Assembly (NCBI GenBank): GCA_040005235.1
Contig: JBDTZG010000084.1
Coordinates: 1-18,605 of the forward strand
From: Acidobacteriota bacterium
GTDB lineage: Bacteria > Acidobacteriota > Thermoanaerobaculia > Multivoradales > UBA5704
Reading direction: 5' to 3'
Length of the DNA: 18,605 nucleotides
Shown here: positions 8,728 to 17,000 of the stretch, piece after piece
Numbering within the stretch: position 1 is the stretch's first letter
Layout of the letters: every line of letters begins with the position of its first letter
Notes under the pieces: generated by a model
The model's database searches: none
What the model was told of the DNA's origin: nothing
The model's input: the letters and a program-made list of their open reading frames with translations, nothing else
Translations under genes and position numbers: made by a program

Positions 8728-9404
8728 GGAAGGCGCTGGGCGCCGGAGGCATGCTTCGGATTCTCGCCTGCGCCCTGCTCGCGGTATCGCTGGGGCCGGT
8801 CGGCGCGCCAGGGCAGAGCGCGCCCCCGGCCGCTGCTTCGCCGAAACCGGTCTTCGTCACGATGCCCCGTTCGGAGAAGGCGGCAGCGTCCAAGCCCGCC
8901 CTTCCTCCGGGCGAAACGGTGGCCCAGGCGATTGGCCGGCAGCCCCGCAAAGGTGACACGCCGGCCGCGATTGGGATCTTGAGCGCAGTCGTGGCCCTGA
9001 TCTTTGGAGTCGTGGTGCTCGTCGCTTTGCGCCGCCGGGCGAAAGTCTGCCCGCGCTGCTTTTCCCTGCTCTACGAGCTGAGCGACCCCGATGACGCGGG
9101 AGAGGATCTCTCGCCCGACGAACCGCGAGACACCCGGCCGATTCTCGCCTGCCTCGGTTGCGGCGAAGTCGGCATGCTGCGCACCGGCCTTTTCTTTAAG
9201 AGCGGCGGCCAATGCCCGAAGTGCCAGAAGTGGAATCTGGCCAGCCGCTTCAAGGTCGTGCAGCCTTCGAGCTACATGATGTTCGGCCTGATCCGCATCG
9301 AAGAAGCCTGCGCCTGCGGTCACGAAGCGAGCTTCCTCCGCTCGACCCCACCGAACCAGGCACCGATTCCCGAGTTCGTCGCCGCCTCGCCGTTCCGCGC
9401 GTGA
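8724..9404 (+). CDS. Membrane-anchored protein with C-terminal multi-Cys (double zinc-ribbon-like) region
   Basis: ATGA overlap with the sdhB stop. Signal-like N-terminus, Pro/Ala linker, TM helix followed by RRRAK, then CPRC, CLGC, CPKC, CAC. Confidence 0.75.
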   Translation: MRKALGAGGMLRILACALLAVSLGPVGAPGQSAPPAAASPKPVFVTMPRSEKAAASKPALPPGETVAQAIGRQPRKGDTPAAIGILSAVVALIFGVVVLVALRRRAKVCPRCFSLLYELSDPDDAGEDLSPDEPRDTRPILACLGCGEVGMLRTGLFFKSGGQCPKCQKWNLASRFKVVQPSSYMMFGLIRIEEACACGHEASFLRSTPPNQAPIPEFVAASPFRA

Positions 9405-10129
9405 GCCTCGCCTCGCCACTCCCAGTCTTCGCGCTGGTTGCGTTGATGGGTGCGCTCGCCCTCCCCGCGGGCGCCGCGCCGATCATCGAAGTCGCCGATC
9501 TCGCCCACCCCGCCGACGGTCTGCTCGACCGCACCGGCCGGATCTCCCACGAATCGATCGCCGAGTTCCGGAACATCGCCGAGCACATCCGCCGCGAAAC
9601 CGGCGGAGAAATCGCCGCGGTGGTCGTCGACTCTTTAGGCGGCAAAGAAACCAGTCCGTTCGCCCGCGAGCTCTCCGAGTCGTGGCGTTTGGGGGGAGCC
9701 GACGCCCGAGGCGCATTGATCCTCGTGGCGCTCAAAGACCGGCAGGTCGAGCTGACCCTAGGCCGCGGCCTCGACGATCCCGAACGCAGGGAACGGGCGG
9801 CGCAGATCGTAAGAGACAGCCTGGCGCCCCGCCTCCACGCCGGAGACATCGGCGGAGCCCTGGTCGCCGCCGCGCGCGAAAGCGCCACCCGGATCTTCTA
9901 CGCCGTCGAGGTGATCGAGCCGAAAGCGGGGGAGAAAGGTGAGGGCGCAAAACCGGCCCAATCTCCGGAGCCGGGCGCCGCGCCACCCGGAGCGGCCCGG
10001 GCACCCCTACCGAACCCGCCGCCAACCGCCGCCGGGCGCTCGTTCGAATGGGTGCCCTACGCAATCTGCGTCGCAGTCCTGCTGCTCGGCCTCGCGCTCT
10101 ACGGCGCACGCAAGTCAGATAAGAGCTGA
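9401..10129 (+). CDS. TPM (TLP18.3/Psb32/MOLO-1) domain protein
   Basis: GTGA overlap with the upstream stop. Signal peptide; TPM pattern DRTGRIS..ETGGEIAAVVVDSLGG..FARELSESWRLG..GALILVALKDRQVELTLGRGL; Pro-rich linker; C-terminal TM helix. Confidence 0.85.
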   Translation: MSLASPLPVFALVALMGALALPAGAAPIIEVADLAHPADGLLDRTGRISHESIAEFRNIAEHIRRETGGEIAAVVVDSLGGKETSPFARELSESWRLGGADARGALILVALKDRQVELTLGRGLDDPERRERAAQIVRDSLAPRLHAGDIGGALVAAARESATRIFYAVEVIEPKAGEKGEGAKPAQSPEPGAAPPGAARAPLPNPPPTAAGRSFEWVPYAICVAVLLLGLALYGARKSDKS

Positions 10130-10210
10130 CCGCGGGGGGCGGGCGGTACGGGTCCCTCTAAACCCTTTCGAAACCCTGGCTGTCGAACTTCCACGTCCGG
10201 CCGCTTTCCG

Positions 10211-10792
10211 TCACCGTGCTCCTCGCGGCCTACCGGTCACGCCCATGGCTACCGACACCCTCTCGATGCCGGCGATCAGGACCTGGAAGCTCCGCGAGCG
10301 GTTCTCCGCTGTGAGCACTTGGGCCATGCGCCGGGCGCCAGAAACTTTCTGAAACTCCTCCACCACTGCGGCCAACGCTTTGCTCGGTTGGTCGATGGCG
10401 TCAGGATCCCGAGAGCGGGAACGTGCGCCCAGACGGCGGAGTTCCGGGCGTTCGAAGGCCGCCGCGAGCGCGCCGGGGGCGCCGAAATACCAGGCCTCCA
10501 GTTCCTGGCATGCGATGCGGACGAGAGTGTCCTCTCGACCGCCGGCCAGGGTGAGCTGGACCAAGCTCTGTTTGAGCGCACGACAGTCCGCGCCGTCGTT
10601 GTCTCGCACCACCACGAATCGGACACCGGGTTCGCGCCATCCGAGCAGCTTGCGCGGAATGCTTTTTTCCAGATCCTGCTTGCCCTCATGGGGCACGCAT
10701 AAGAAAGGAAGTCCGGGGAACAGCCTGGGCAGCAGGCCGTCGAGCAGCACCTTCATCGAATATTCTTCCAACAGAAACACGACGCGGCTCAT
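10211..10792 (-). CDS. DUF4276-like TOPRIM-fold protein, putative nuclease effector
   Basis: VVFLLEE (acidic residue after strand 1), HEGKQDL, VVVRDNDG (DxD), QELEAWY. ATGA overlap with the ATPase gene. Confidence 0.78.
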   Translation of the reverse strand: MSRVVFLLEEYSMKVLLDGLLPRLFPGLPFLCVPHEGKQDLEKSIPRKLLGWREPGVRFVVVRDNDGADCRALKQSLVQLTLAGGREDTLVRIACQELEAWYFGAPGALAAAFERPELRRLGARSRSRDPDAIDQPSKALAAVVEEFQKVSGARRMAQVLTAENRSRSFQVLIAGIERVSVAMGVTGRPRGAR

Positions 10793-11964
10793 CGCAGCCC
10801 GGCTCCTTCGAAAAGCCCCTGTTTCCAGAGCGCCCCGGGTAGGTCACCCTCGGCGACCAGGTTCCTCAGCAGCTCGCTGTCCTTGGCTCGGCGCACCGTC
10901 GAGAATCCGTCTTCCTTGACCAGCCAATAGATCTCGTCGAGGTTTGCGCCGTTCAAGAAGTCAGGCGAGTGGGAGGACACGAAGACCTGGCCGCCCCGCC
11001 GCGCGTAGTCGCGAAATTCCTCGACCAACTCGTGGAGAAGCTCCGGATAGAGCTGGTTCTCGGGCTCTTCGATCGCAAGCAGCGGGTGCGGCTTGGGGTC
11101 GTAGAGCAGCACGAGATAGGCAAACATCTTGATCGTGCCGTCCGAAACGTAGCGGGCGATGAACGGGTCTTTGAAGCTCCCATCCTGGAATCGCAGAACC
11201 AGCCGCCCATCTTCGGTGGGCTTTGCTTCGACACGGCTTACTCCAGGAATCCGTTGCTTCATGACCTCGAGCAGGTGTTCGAACCGATCCGGATGGCGTT
11301 CGTAAAGGAATTGTGCCACCTGCGCCACGTTGTCCCCGCGGGTTGAGAGATGCTCGGAGAATCCCGCCTCGGCGCTGGGCCTGGCGTTGCTGATGTGAAA
11401 GTCGGAAATATGCCAGTTCTCGATCAGGCTGCGGAACTCCGCGACCACACGGAACTCTTTGAACTGGCCGAGGCCTTTGATGGCCAGAACGGAGGGATCG
11501 TCGATCACGTGCTCCTTACGTTCCTCGACCACACCCTCCTGGCCATACGCCGCCTCGTTGGTGATGGCACTGCCACGCCCATGCGAGAAGTCGACAAAAT
11601 GCCAGGGCTTGCCTTTCTGGCCGCGGCGGAATTTCAAGACCTCGCGCTCTACGACCGGCCGGCCGTTTTCGTTCGCGATGTCGAGTTGATAGGTCGCAAG
11701 GCGCCCCCCGCTCTCTCGGAACTTGACCGTGATCCCGATCGGGCCGGTTTCTCCACGGCTGACGAGCTCGCCAAAGCCGCCACGGCGCGCCACCGCTTGC
11801 GCCACGTTCTCCGTCAAGGCCTCTTTGAGAAAGCTGAAGACGTCAAACAGGGTGCTCTTGCCTGAGCCGTTGGCGCCGACCACGACCGCGAGGCGGGGTA
11901 GATCCGAAAGCGTAGCGTGGTGGAACAGACGATAGTTGCGGATTTCGATGGACTCAATCTGCAT
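10789..11964 (-). CDS. ABC-type ATPase (AAA_21/AAA_15, OLD/AriA-like)
   Basis: IESIEIRNYR, Walker A GANGSGKS, signature YVSDGT, Walker B/D-loop LAIEEPENQLYP, H-loop VSSHSP. SD GAGGAG. No TM segments and no permease gene nearby. Confidence 0.9.
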   Translation of the reverse strand: MQIESIEIRNYRLFHHATLSDLPRLAVVVGANGSGKSTLFDVFSFLKEALTENVAQAVARRGGFGELVSRGETGPIGITVKFRESGGRLATYQLDIANENGRPVVEREVLKFRRGQKGKPWHFVDFSHGRGSAITNEAAYGQEGVVEERKEHVIDDPSVLAIKGLGQFKEFRVVAEFRSLIENWHISDFHISNARPSAEAGFSEHLSTRGDNVAQVAQFLYERHPDRFEHLLEVMKQRIPGVSRVEAKPTEDGRLVLRFQDGSFKDPFIARYVSDGTIKMFAYLVLLYDPKPHPLLAIEEPENQLYPELLHELVEEFRDYARRGGQVFVSSHSPDFLNGANLDEIYWLVKEDGFSTVRRAKDSELLRNLVAEGDLPGALWKQGLFEGAGLR

Positions 11965-12070
11965 TCCCTACTCCTCGACCTCTTCAAACAGCGTACCCAA
12001 GGCACAGTGAGGAACTATGGCCGCCGACCTCGCGGAGTCCAGCATCCCCAAATTTATCAACGCTTTGCGC

Positions 12071-12099
12071 AGATTAAGGTGGCCAGGCGGTGGTGTCAA
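12071..12099 (-). promoter_or_regulatory. sigma70-type promoter of the ATPase-TOPRIM operon
   Basis: Minus strand TTGACA (12099-12094), 17-nt spacer, TAATCT (12076-12071). Confidence 0.65.
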
Positions 12100-12128
12100 T
12101 CGATCGTGAGCTGGGGACAGCGCCGCCT

Positions 12129-12893
12129 CTATCGCCCGCCAGCGAGCAGCGCCACGTACTCCGGGCTCTCCTGGATCGTGTTGTGGCCGGTATTTCGGAC
12201 GACCTTCAATATTGCTTGTCCGTTCGCGAAGCGCTTGTAGAGCGCCTCGGTGCTTGCTCGGGAGACGACTTCGTCGTTTTCGGCTTCGAGCAGGAGGGTG
12301 GGAGCGGTGACGTTCGGGGCGTAGCGCTGGGATTCGAATTTGTCGTGCATCAGCCAGCGGATGGGGAAGATTGGGTATTGGTCGGCGGCGATGTCGACGA
12401 GGCTGTCGTAGGGGGTGACCAGGATCAGGCGGGTTAGGGGCCGGGCGGTGGCGAGTCGGATGGCGACTCCGCTGCCGAGGCTGCGGCCGATGGCGGTGAT
12501 TTGGGGGTAGGTGGTGCGCACCTGGTCGTAGAGGGCGAGGGCGTCGGCGACCAGGGCTTTCTCGCTGGGTTTGCCGGTGCTCGCTCCGTAGCCTCGGTAG
12601 TGGGTGAGGTAGAGGGCCTGGTGCGGGAAGGCGGCTTCGAGGTCGGGGAGGCTGTGATTGGTGTCTTCGGCGTTGCCGCCGAAATAGAGCACGGCTTCGG
12701 CGCCGGGGGCGGTCTTTACCGTGGCTTGGACCTCGGTGCCCTCGGTGCGGAGCGCGAGGGTCGAGGTGCCGGGGGCGGAGGAGGGGGGATGGGGAAAATA
12801 GATCAGCGAGCGCTGGCGGGCGAACAGGAAGACGCAGCAGGCGAGATAGAGCAGCGCCACGATGGCGGCGATCGTCAGGAAGGCGCGGAGCAC
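12129..12893 (-). CDS. Membrane-anchored alpha/beta hydrolase (BEM46/ABHD13-like)
   Basis: N-terminal TM followed by QRSLIYFP, YFGGNAE, YRGYGASTGKPSE, nucleophile GRSLG, acid NDEVV, His GHN. Confidence 0.9.
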   Translation of the reverse strand: MLRAFLTIAAIVALLYLACCVFLFARQRSLIYFPHPPSSAPGTSTLALRTEGTEVQATVKTAPGAEAVLYFGGNAEDTNHSLPDLEAAFPHQALYLTHYRGYGASTGKPSEKALVADALALYDQVRTTYPQITAIGRSLGSGVAIRLATARPLTRLILVTPYDSLVDIAADQYPIFPIRWLMHDKFESQRYAPNVTAPTLLLEAENDEVVSRASTEALYKRFANGQAILKVVRNTGHNTIQESPEYVALLAGGR

Positions 12894-12901
12894 GGGGGAG
12901 A

Positions 12902-12910
12902 AGCCTAGCA
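12902..12910 (-). promoter_or_regulatory. Extended -10 (TGC-TAGGCT) of the leaderless hydrolase gene
   Basis: TGnTAGGCT ends 8 nt before GTG 12893; the spacer TCTCCCCC has no SD. Confidence 0.5.
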
Positions 12911-12926
12911 GGGTCGCCGGAGGGAA

Positions 12927-13007
12927 CCTGGGGGCGCCGAGTTTCAGTTCGGTGGTTGGGGCGATCGTTGCCGCTGCGGGGCCGAGCTGGTGCTCGGCGC
13001 TCCCAGG
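12927..13007. repeat. REP/MITE-like imperfect inverted repeat (27-bp arms, 27-nt spacer)
   Basis: Left arm CCTGGGGGCGCCGAGTTTCAGTTCGGT (12927-12953) and right arm GCCGAGCTGGTGCTCGGCGCTCCCAGG (12981-13007); 21/27 positions are Watson-Crick complementary. Confidence 0.75.
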
Positions 13008-13008
13008 G

Positions 13009-13048
13009 AAAAGAAAAGGCGGGCGCTCCCTTAGGAGTCGCCCGCCTT
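13009..13048 (-). terminator. Rho-independent terminator of the FKBP gene
   Basis: Minus strand stem GGCGGGCG(A)CTCC / GGAGCGCCCGCC with a 4-nt loop, followed by TTTTCTTTT, 21 nt after the stop codon. Confidence 0.85.
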
Positions 13049-13069
13049 GGCAATTCGTTTTGAGGGCGC

Positions 13070-13792
13070 TCAGTGCGGCGGGGTGGCTTCGGGGGTTGCC
13101 GGCTCGGGCGCGGGCGCGGGCGGGGCGGCTTCGATCGAGAGCAGCTCGACTTGGAAGACGAGGGTGGCCCCCGGCTTGATCTTCGGCGGGGCTCCGCGGT
13201 CGCCGTAGGCGGCGTCGGAGGGGCAGACCAACTTGGCTTTGCCGCCGACTTTCATCTTCTGGACGCCTTCGGTCCAGCAGGGGATGACGCCGTTGAGCGG
13301 GAAGGTCACCGGCTCGCCGCGCTGGATCGAGCTGTCGAAGACCTCACCGTCGGTGAGCGTGCCCTCGTAGTTGACCTTCACCTGATCGGTCGGCTTCGGG
13401 GTCGCGCCCGTGCCCGGGGTGGTTTCGATGTAGATCACGCCCGAGGGGAGCTTGACAGCGCCTTTTTCCGCGGCGGCCTTGTCGAGGAAGCCCTTGCTCG
13501 CGTCTTTCTCTTTGACGGCGGATTTGGCCGCGCGGTCCGCGGCGAGAGCCTGGATTTTCGGGCCGAACTCTTCGAGACTGACCTTCAAGGTACCGCCGGC
13601 GACGCCGTCGGCCAGGCCCTGTTCGACGATCTTGACCTCGTCCGTCGTCAGGTTGAAGGCAGCGAGGTTGCGGCTGATCGCCGCGCCGATGGCGTAGAGC
13701 GTCTTCTCGTCGTCGTTCTTCAAATCCTGGGCGCCGCCGATCTGGGCCGCGAACAGGAGGGCTACGGCGCCCGCTACGATGGTTTTCGACAT
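13070..13792 (-). CDS. fkpA: FKBP-type peptidyl-prolyl cis-trans isomerase (FkpA/Mip family, exported)
   Basis: Signal peptide, FKBP_N region (KTLYAIG..GLADG), FKBP_C motifs VKVNYEGTLTDGEVFDSS, VIPCWTEG, AYGDRG, IKPGATLVFQVELL. SD AAGGA before ATG 13792. Confidence 0.9.
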   Translation of the reverse strand: MSKTIVAGAVALLFAAQIGGAQDLKNDDEKTLYAIGAAISRNLAAFNLTTDEVKIVEQGLADGVAGGTLKVSLEEFGPKIQALAADRAAKSAVKEKDASKGFLDKAAAEKGAVKLPSGVIYIETTPGTGATPKPTDQVKVNYEGTLTDGEVFDSSIQRGEPVTFPLNGVIPCWTEGVQKMKVGGKAKLVCPSDAAYGDRGAPPKIKPGATLVFQVELLSIEAAPPAPAPEPATPEATPPH

Positions 13793-14000
13793 GCGATCGA
13801 TCCTTTTGGCGACCCCGATTGAGTACCCGGCGATGTCCCGCTCCTCGGGGCTTCGCGAGCCGGGGCAAGACCTTGGCCCGACGGGCGATCCGCCGGGAGG
13901 AACGAGCAAGATCTCATATCGCCCGAAGGCTCGCAAATGTTGCCCAGAAGTGTCCCGGTTCACGGCCGTTATGGCACTCGGGAGGCGGGGAGAATTAGAT

Positions 14001-17000
14001 TTGGCATCACGGCTCACCCCGGACGCGGTCGCGACCCCTAAAGCGGCGAACGTATTACGGGCTTATCACCTGGTTGACGTACTGCGCGAGCGGGCACGCC
14101 GATCGGGTCAGGCTCCTGCCTACACGTTTCTTGACGACGGAGAAGCGGAGGGCGGAGGACTGTCTTGGGCGCAGCTCGACCGGGCGGCGCGGGCGATCGC
14201 CGTCCACCTGGCCGAAGTGGCGCGGCCGGGCGACCGGGCGCTCCTTCTGTTTCCCGCCGGGCTGGACTTCATCGCCGCGTTTTTCGGCTGTCTGTACGCC
14301 GGGGTGGTGGCGGTCCCCTCCTATCCGCCGCGGCCGAACCGGGGGCAGCAGCGGCTGCGCGCGATTGTCCGCGACGCCGCGCCCGCGGTGGTGCTGGCGC
14401 AAAAAGCGCTGCTGCCGCGGGCGGCAGCGCTGGTCGAGGACGTCCCCGAGCTGGCCGCCGCGCGCTGGCTCGCGACCGATGACCTAGGCGGTGGCGAGGA
14501 TCTCGACCAGGCGGCGGAGGCGGCGCAGGCGGCGGATGTTTGGCGCGATCCGGGCATCCGGCCCGACCACCTGGCGTTCCTGCAATACACGTCGGGCTCG
14601 ACCTCGCTGCCCAAGGGGGTCAGGGTCAGCCACGCGAACCTGATCGCCAACGAGCGGATGATCCAAGCCGCCTTCCGCCAGAGCGAGGAATCGGTAGTGG
14701 TGGGCTGGCTGCCGCTCTACCACGACATGGGGCTGATCGGGAACGTCCTCCAGCCGCTCTGGTCGGGCGGGCGTTGCGTGTTGATGTCGCCCGTGGCGTT
14801 CCTGCAGAAGCCGCTGCGCTGGCTCGCCGCGATCAGCCGCTACCGGGCGACCACCAGCGGCGGCCCGAACTTCGCCTACGACCTGTGCGCGCGGAAGATA
14901 GCGCCGGACGACCGCGCCGGGCTCGACCTATCGAGCTGGCGGGTGGCTTATAACGGCGCCGAGCCGGTGCGCCCCGCGACGCTCGACCGCTTCGCCGCGG
15001 CTTTTGCCGGCAGCGGTTTTTCCCCCGCGGCGTTTTATCCCTGCTATGGGCTGGCCGAGGCGACGCTGTTCGTTTCCGGCGGCGTGCCGGGGGCGGGGGC
15101 CCGCGCGACCCGGTTCGATGCCGAAGAGCTGCGCCACGGCCGTGCGGTCGTGCGGGACGAGATGGGCCAGCAGGCTCTGGTGGCTTGCGGCGATTCGTGG
15201 CTCGAACAGCGGTTGGCGATCGTCGATCCCGAGAGCCGCGAGGAGCTGGCCGAGGGCCGGGTCGGGGAGATTTGGATTGCCGGCCCGAACGTCGGCGGCG
15301 GCTATTGGGGCCGGCAGGAGGCGAGCGCCGAGACGTTCGCGGCGACCACCGCGGCCGGGGCGGGGCCCTACCTGCGGACCGGCGATCTCGGGTTCCGCCA
15401 GGGCGGCGAGCTGTTCGTCGCCGGGCGGATCAAAGATCTGATCATCCTGCGCGGCCGGAACCTCTATCCGCAGGATCTCGAAGAGACGGCGGAGCGAGCC
15501 CATCCAGGCCTGCGCGCGGGGAGCGGCGCGGCGTTCTCGATCCCCGGCGGAACGGAGGGCGACGAGGCGGAGCGGCTAGTGCTGGTTTACGAGGTCGACC
15601 GGCGCGCCGGGCCGGAAGTGCATGAGCAGATCGCCGTCGCGGTGCGCGCGGCGATCGCGGAGGAGCACGAGGCGCAGGTGGCCGACCTGGTGCTGGTCAA
15701 GATCGGCGGCGTGCCGAAGACCTCTTCCGGCAAGGTGCAGCGCCACGCCAGCCGCGAGGGGTACCTGGCGGGCAGCCTGCCGGTGGTGGCGAGGAGCGCC
15801 GCGGCAGGGGAGACGGAGGTCGAGGCGACCGCGGGGACCCCCACAGGTCCGGCCGCCGCGCCCGAGCCGAGCCGCGCGGAGCTGGCGGCCCTGCCGGCCG
15901 GTGCGCGGCGGCGGGCGCTTGAAAAACTGCTCGCCGCCTGGGCGGGGCGCGCGCTGGGGGTCCCCGCGGGGCGGATCGAGCGCGCCGCGCCGCTCTCCGG
16001 CTATGGCCTCGATTCGCTCGCGGCTCTGGAGCTGCGCTCGGCGGTCGAAGAGCGGCTGGGCGCGGCGCTGCCGCTCGCGACGCTGCTCGAAGGGGCGACT
16101 CTCGGCGACCTCGCGACGCTGATCGGGGCCGATCTCGAAGGCGCTGCGGTGGTCGAGGCCGAGGCGGCGCCGAGCGAGCCCGAGTCCGATCGCGGGACGT
16201 TGCCGCTCTCCTACGGCCAGGAAGGGCTGTGGGTGGTCGAACGGCTGGCGCCCCAGGCGGGGGCCTACAACCTTGCCGCCGCGTTCCGCGTCTTGGAGCT
16301 GCCGGCCGACGGGCCGGAGCGGCTCTGTGCGGCGCTCCGGGCGCTGGTCGCCCGCCATGCCGCCCTGCGGTTGCGCCTGGTGGTGGAGGACGGCGCGCCG
16401 CGCCAGTTCGTCGCGGCGGCGGCTAATGAGGAGCTGGCGACCGATCTCGATTTCGCGGTGGAAGACCTCGGCGGCCGGAGCGTCGCGGAGGCGCTGGCCG
16501 ACCTTTCCCGGACGGCGTACCTGCCGTTCGACCTGGAGCGCGGGGCGAGGGTGCGCGCGCGGCTGGTGCGCGGAGCGGGCTCGGACCTGCTGCTGTTCGC
16601 GGTCCACCATTCGAGCGTCGATTTCGCTTCGTTCGGCACGATCGCCCGCGACCTTGCGGCGCTCTGGACCGGCGGCGCTCACGCGGCCCTCGCGCCGCTC
16701 GCGCCGGAAACCAGCTACGCGAGCTGGATCCGCTGGCAACGCGAGCTGCTCGCCGGGCCTGAGGGTGAGCGGCTGCGCGCTTTCTGGCGCGAGCGGCTCG
16801 GTTCCGGGGTGGCCGATCTCGATCTGCCGACCGACCGGCCGCGCCCCGCGGCGCATAGCTTTGTCGGCACCGTGGCGAGGGCGCCGCTGCCGCGCGAGAC
16901 CGCGGCGCGGCTCGAAGCGCTGGCGCGCAAGGGCGGGGCGACGCCTCAGGCGGCGTTGCTCGCGGCGTTTGCCGCGGAGCTGGCGCGGACCGCCGGCCAG

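Noticed and set aside
10789-11964. ATPase as an ABC transporter subunit or SMC/RecF protein
   Set aside because: No permease nearby, no long coiled coil, SDGT signature, and coupling to a TOPRIM-like gene.
12129-12893. Hydrolase as a member of the ATPase-TOPRIM system or as an NRPS thioesterase
   Set aside because: Common stand-alone BEM46-like family; the ATPase operon has its own promoter, and the NRPS is separated by the FKBP gene.
11968-13053. 361-aa minus-strand ORF as a third gene of the putative defence operon
   Set aside because: Pro/Arg-rich alternate frame of the hydrolase gene that also crosses the promoter and the palindrome.
13793-14000. Riboswitch, ops element or ECF promoter in the FKBP/NRPS divergent region
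   Set aside because: Only short GC stems and a weak GCAAC-N17-CGAT pattern on the minus strand; no consensus I can support.
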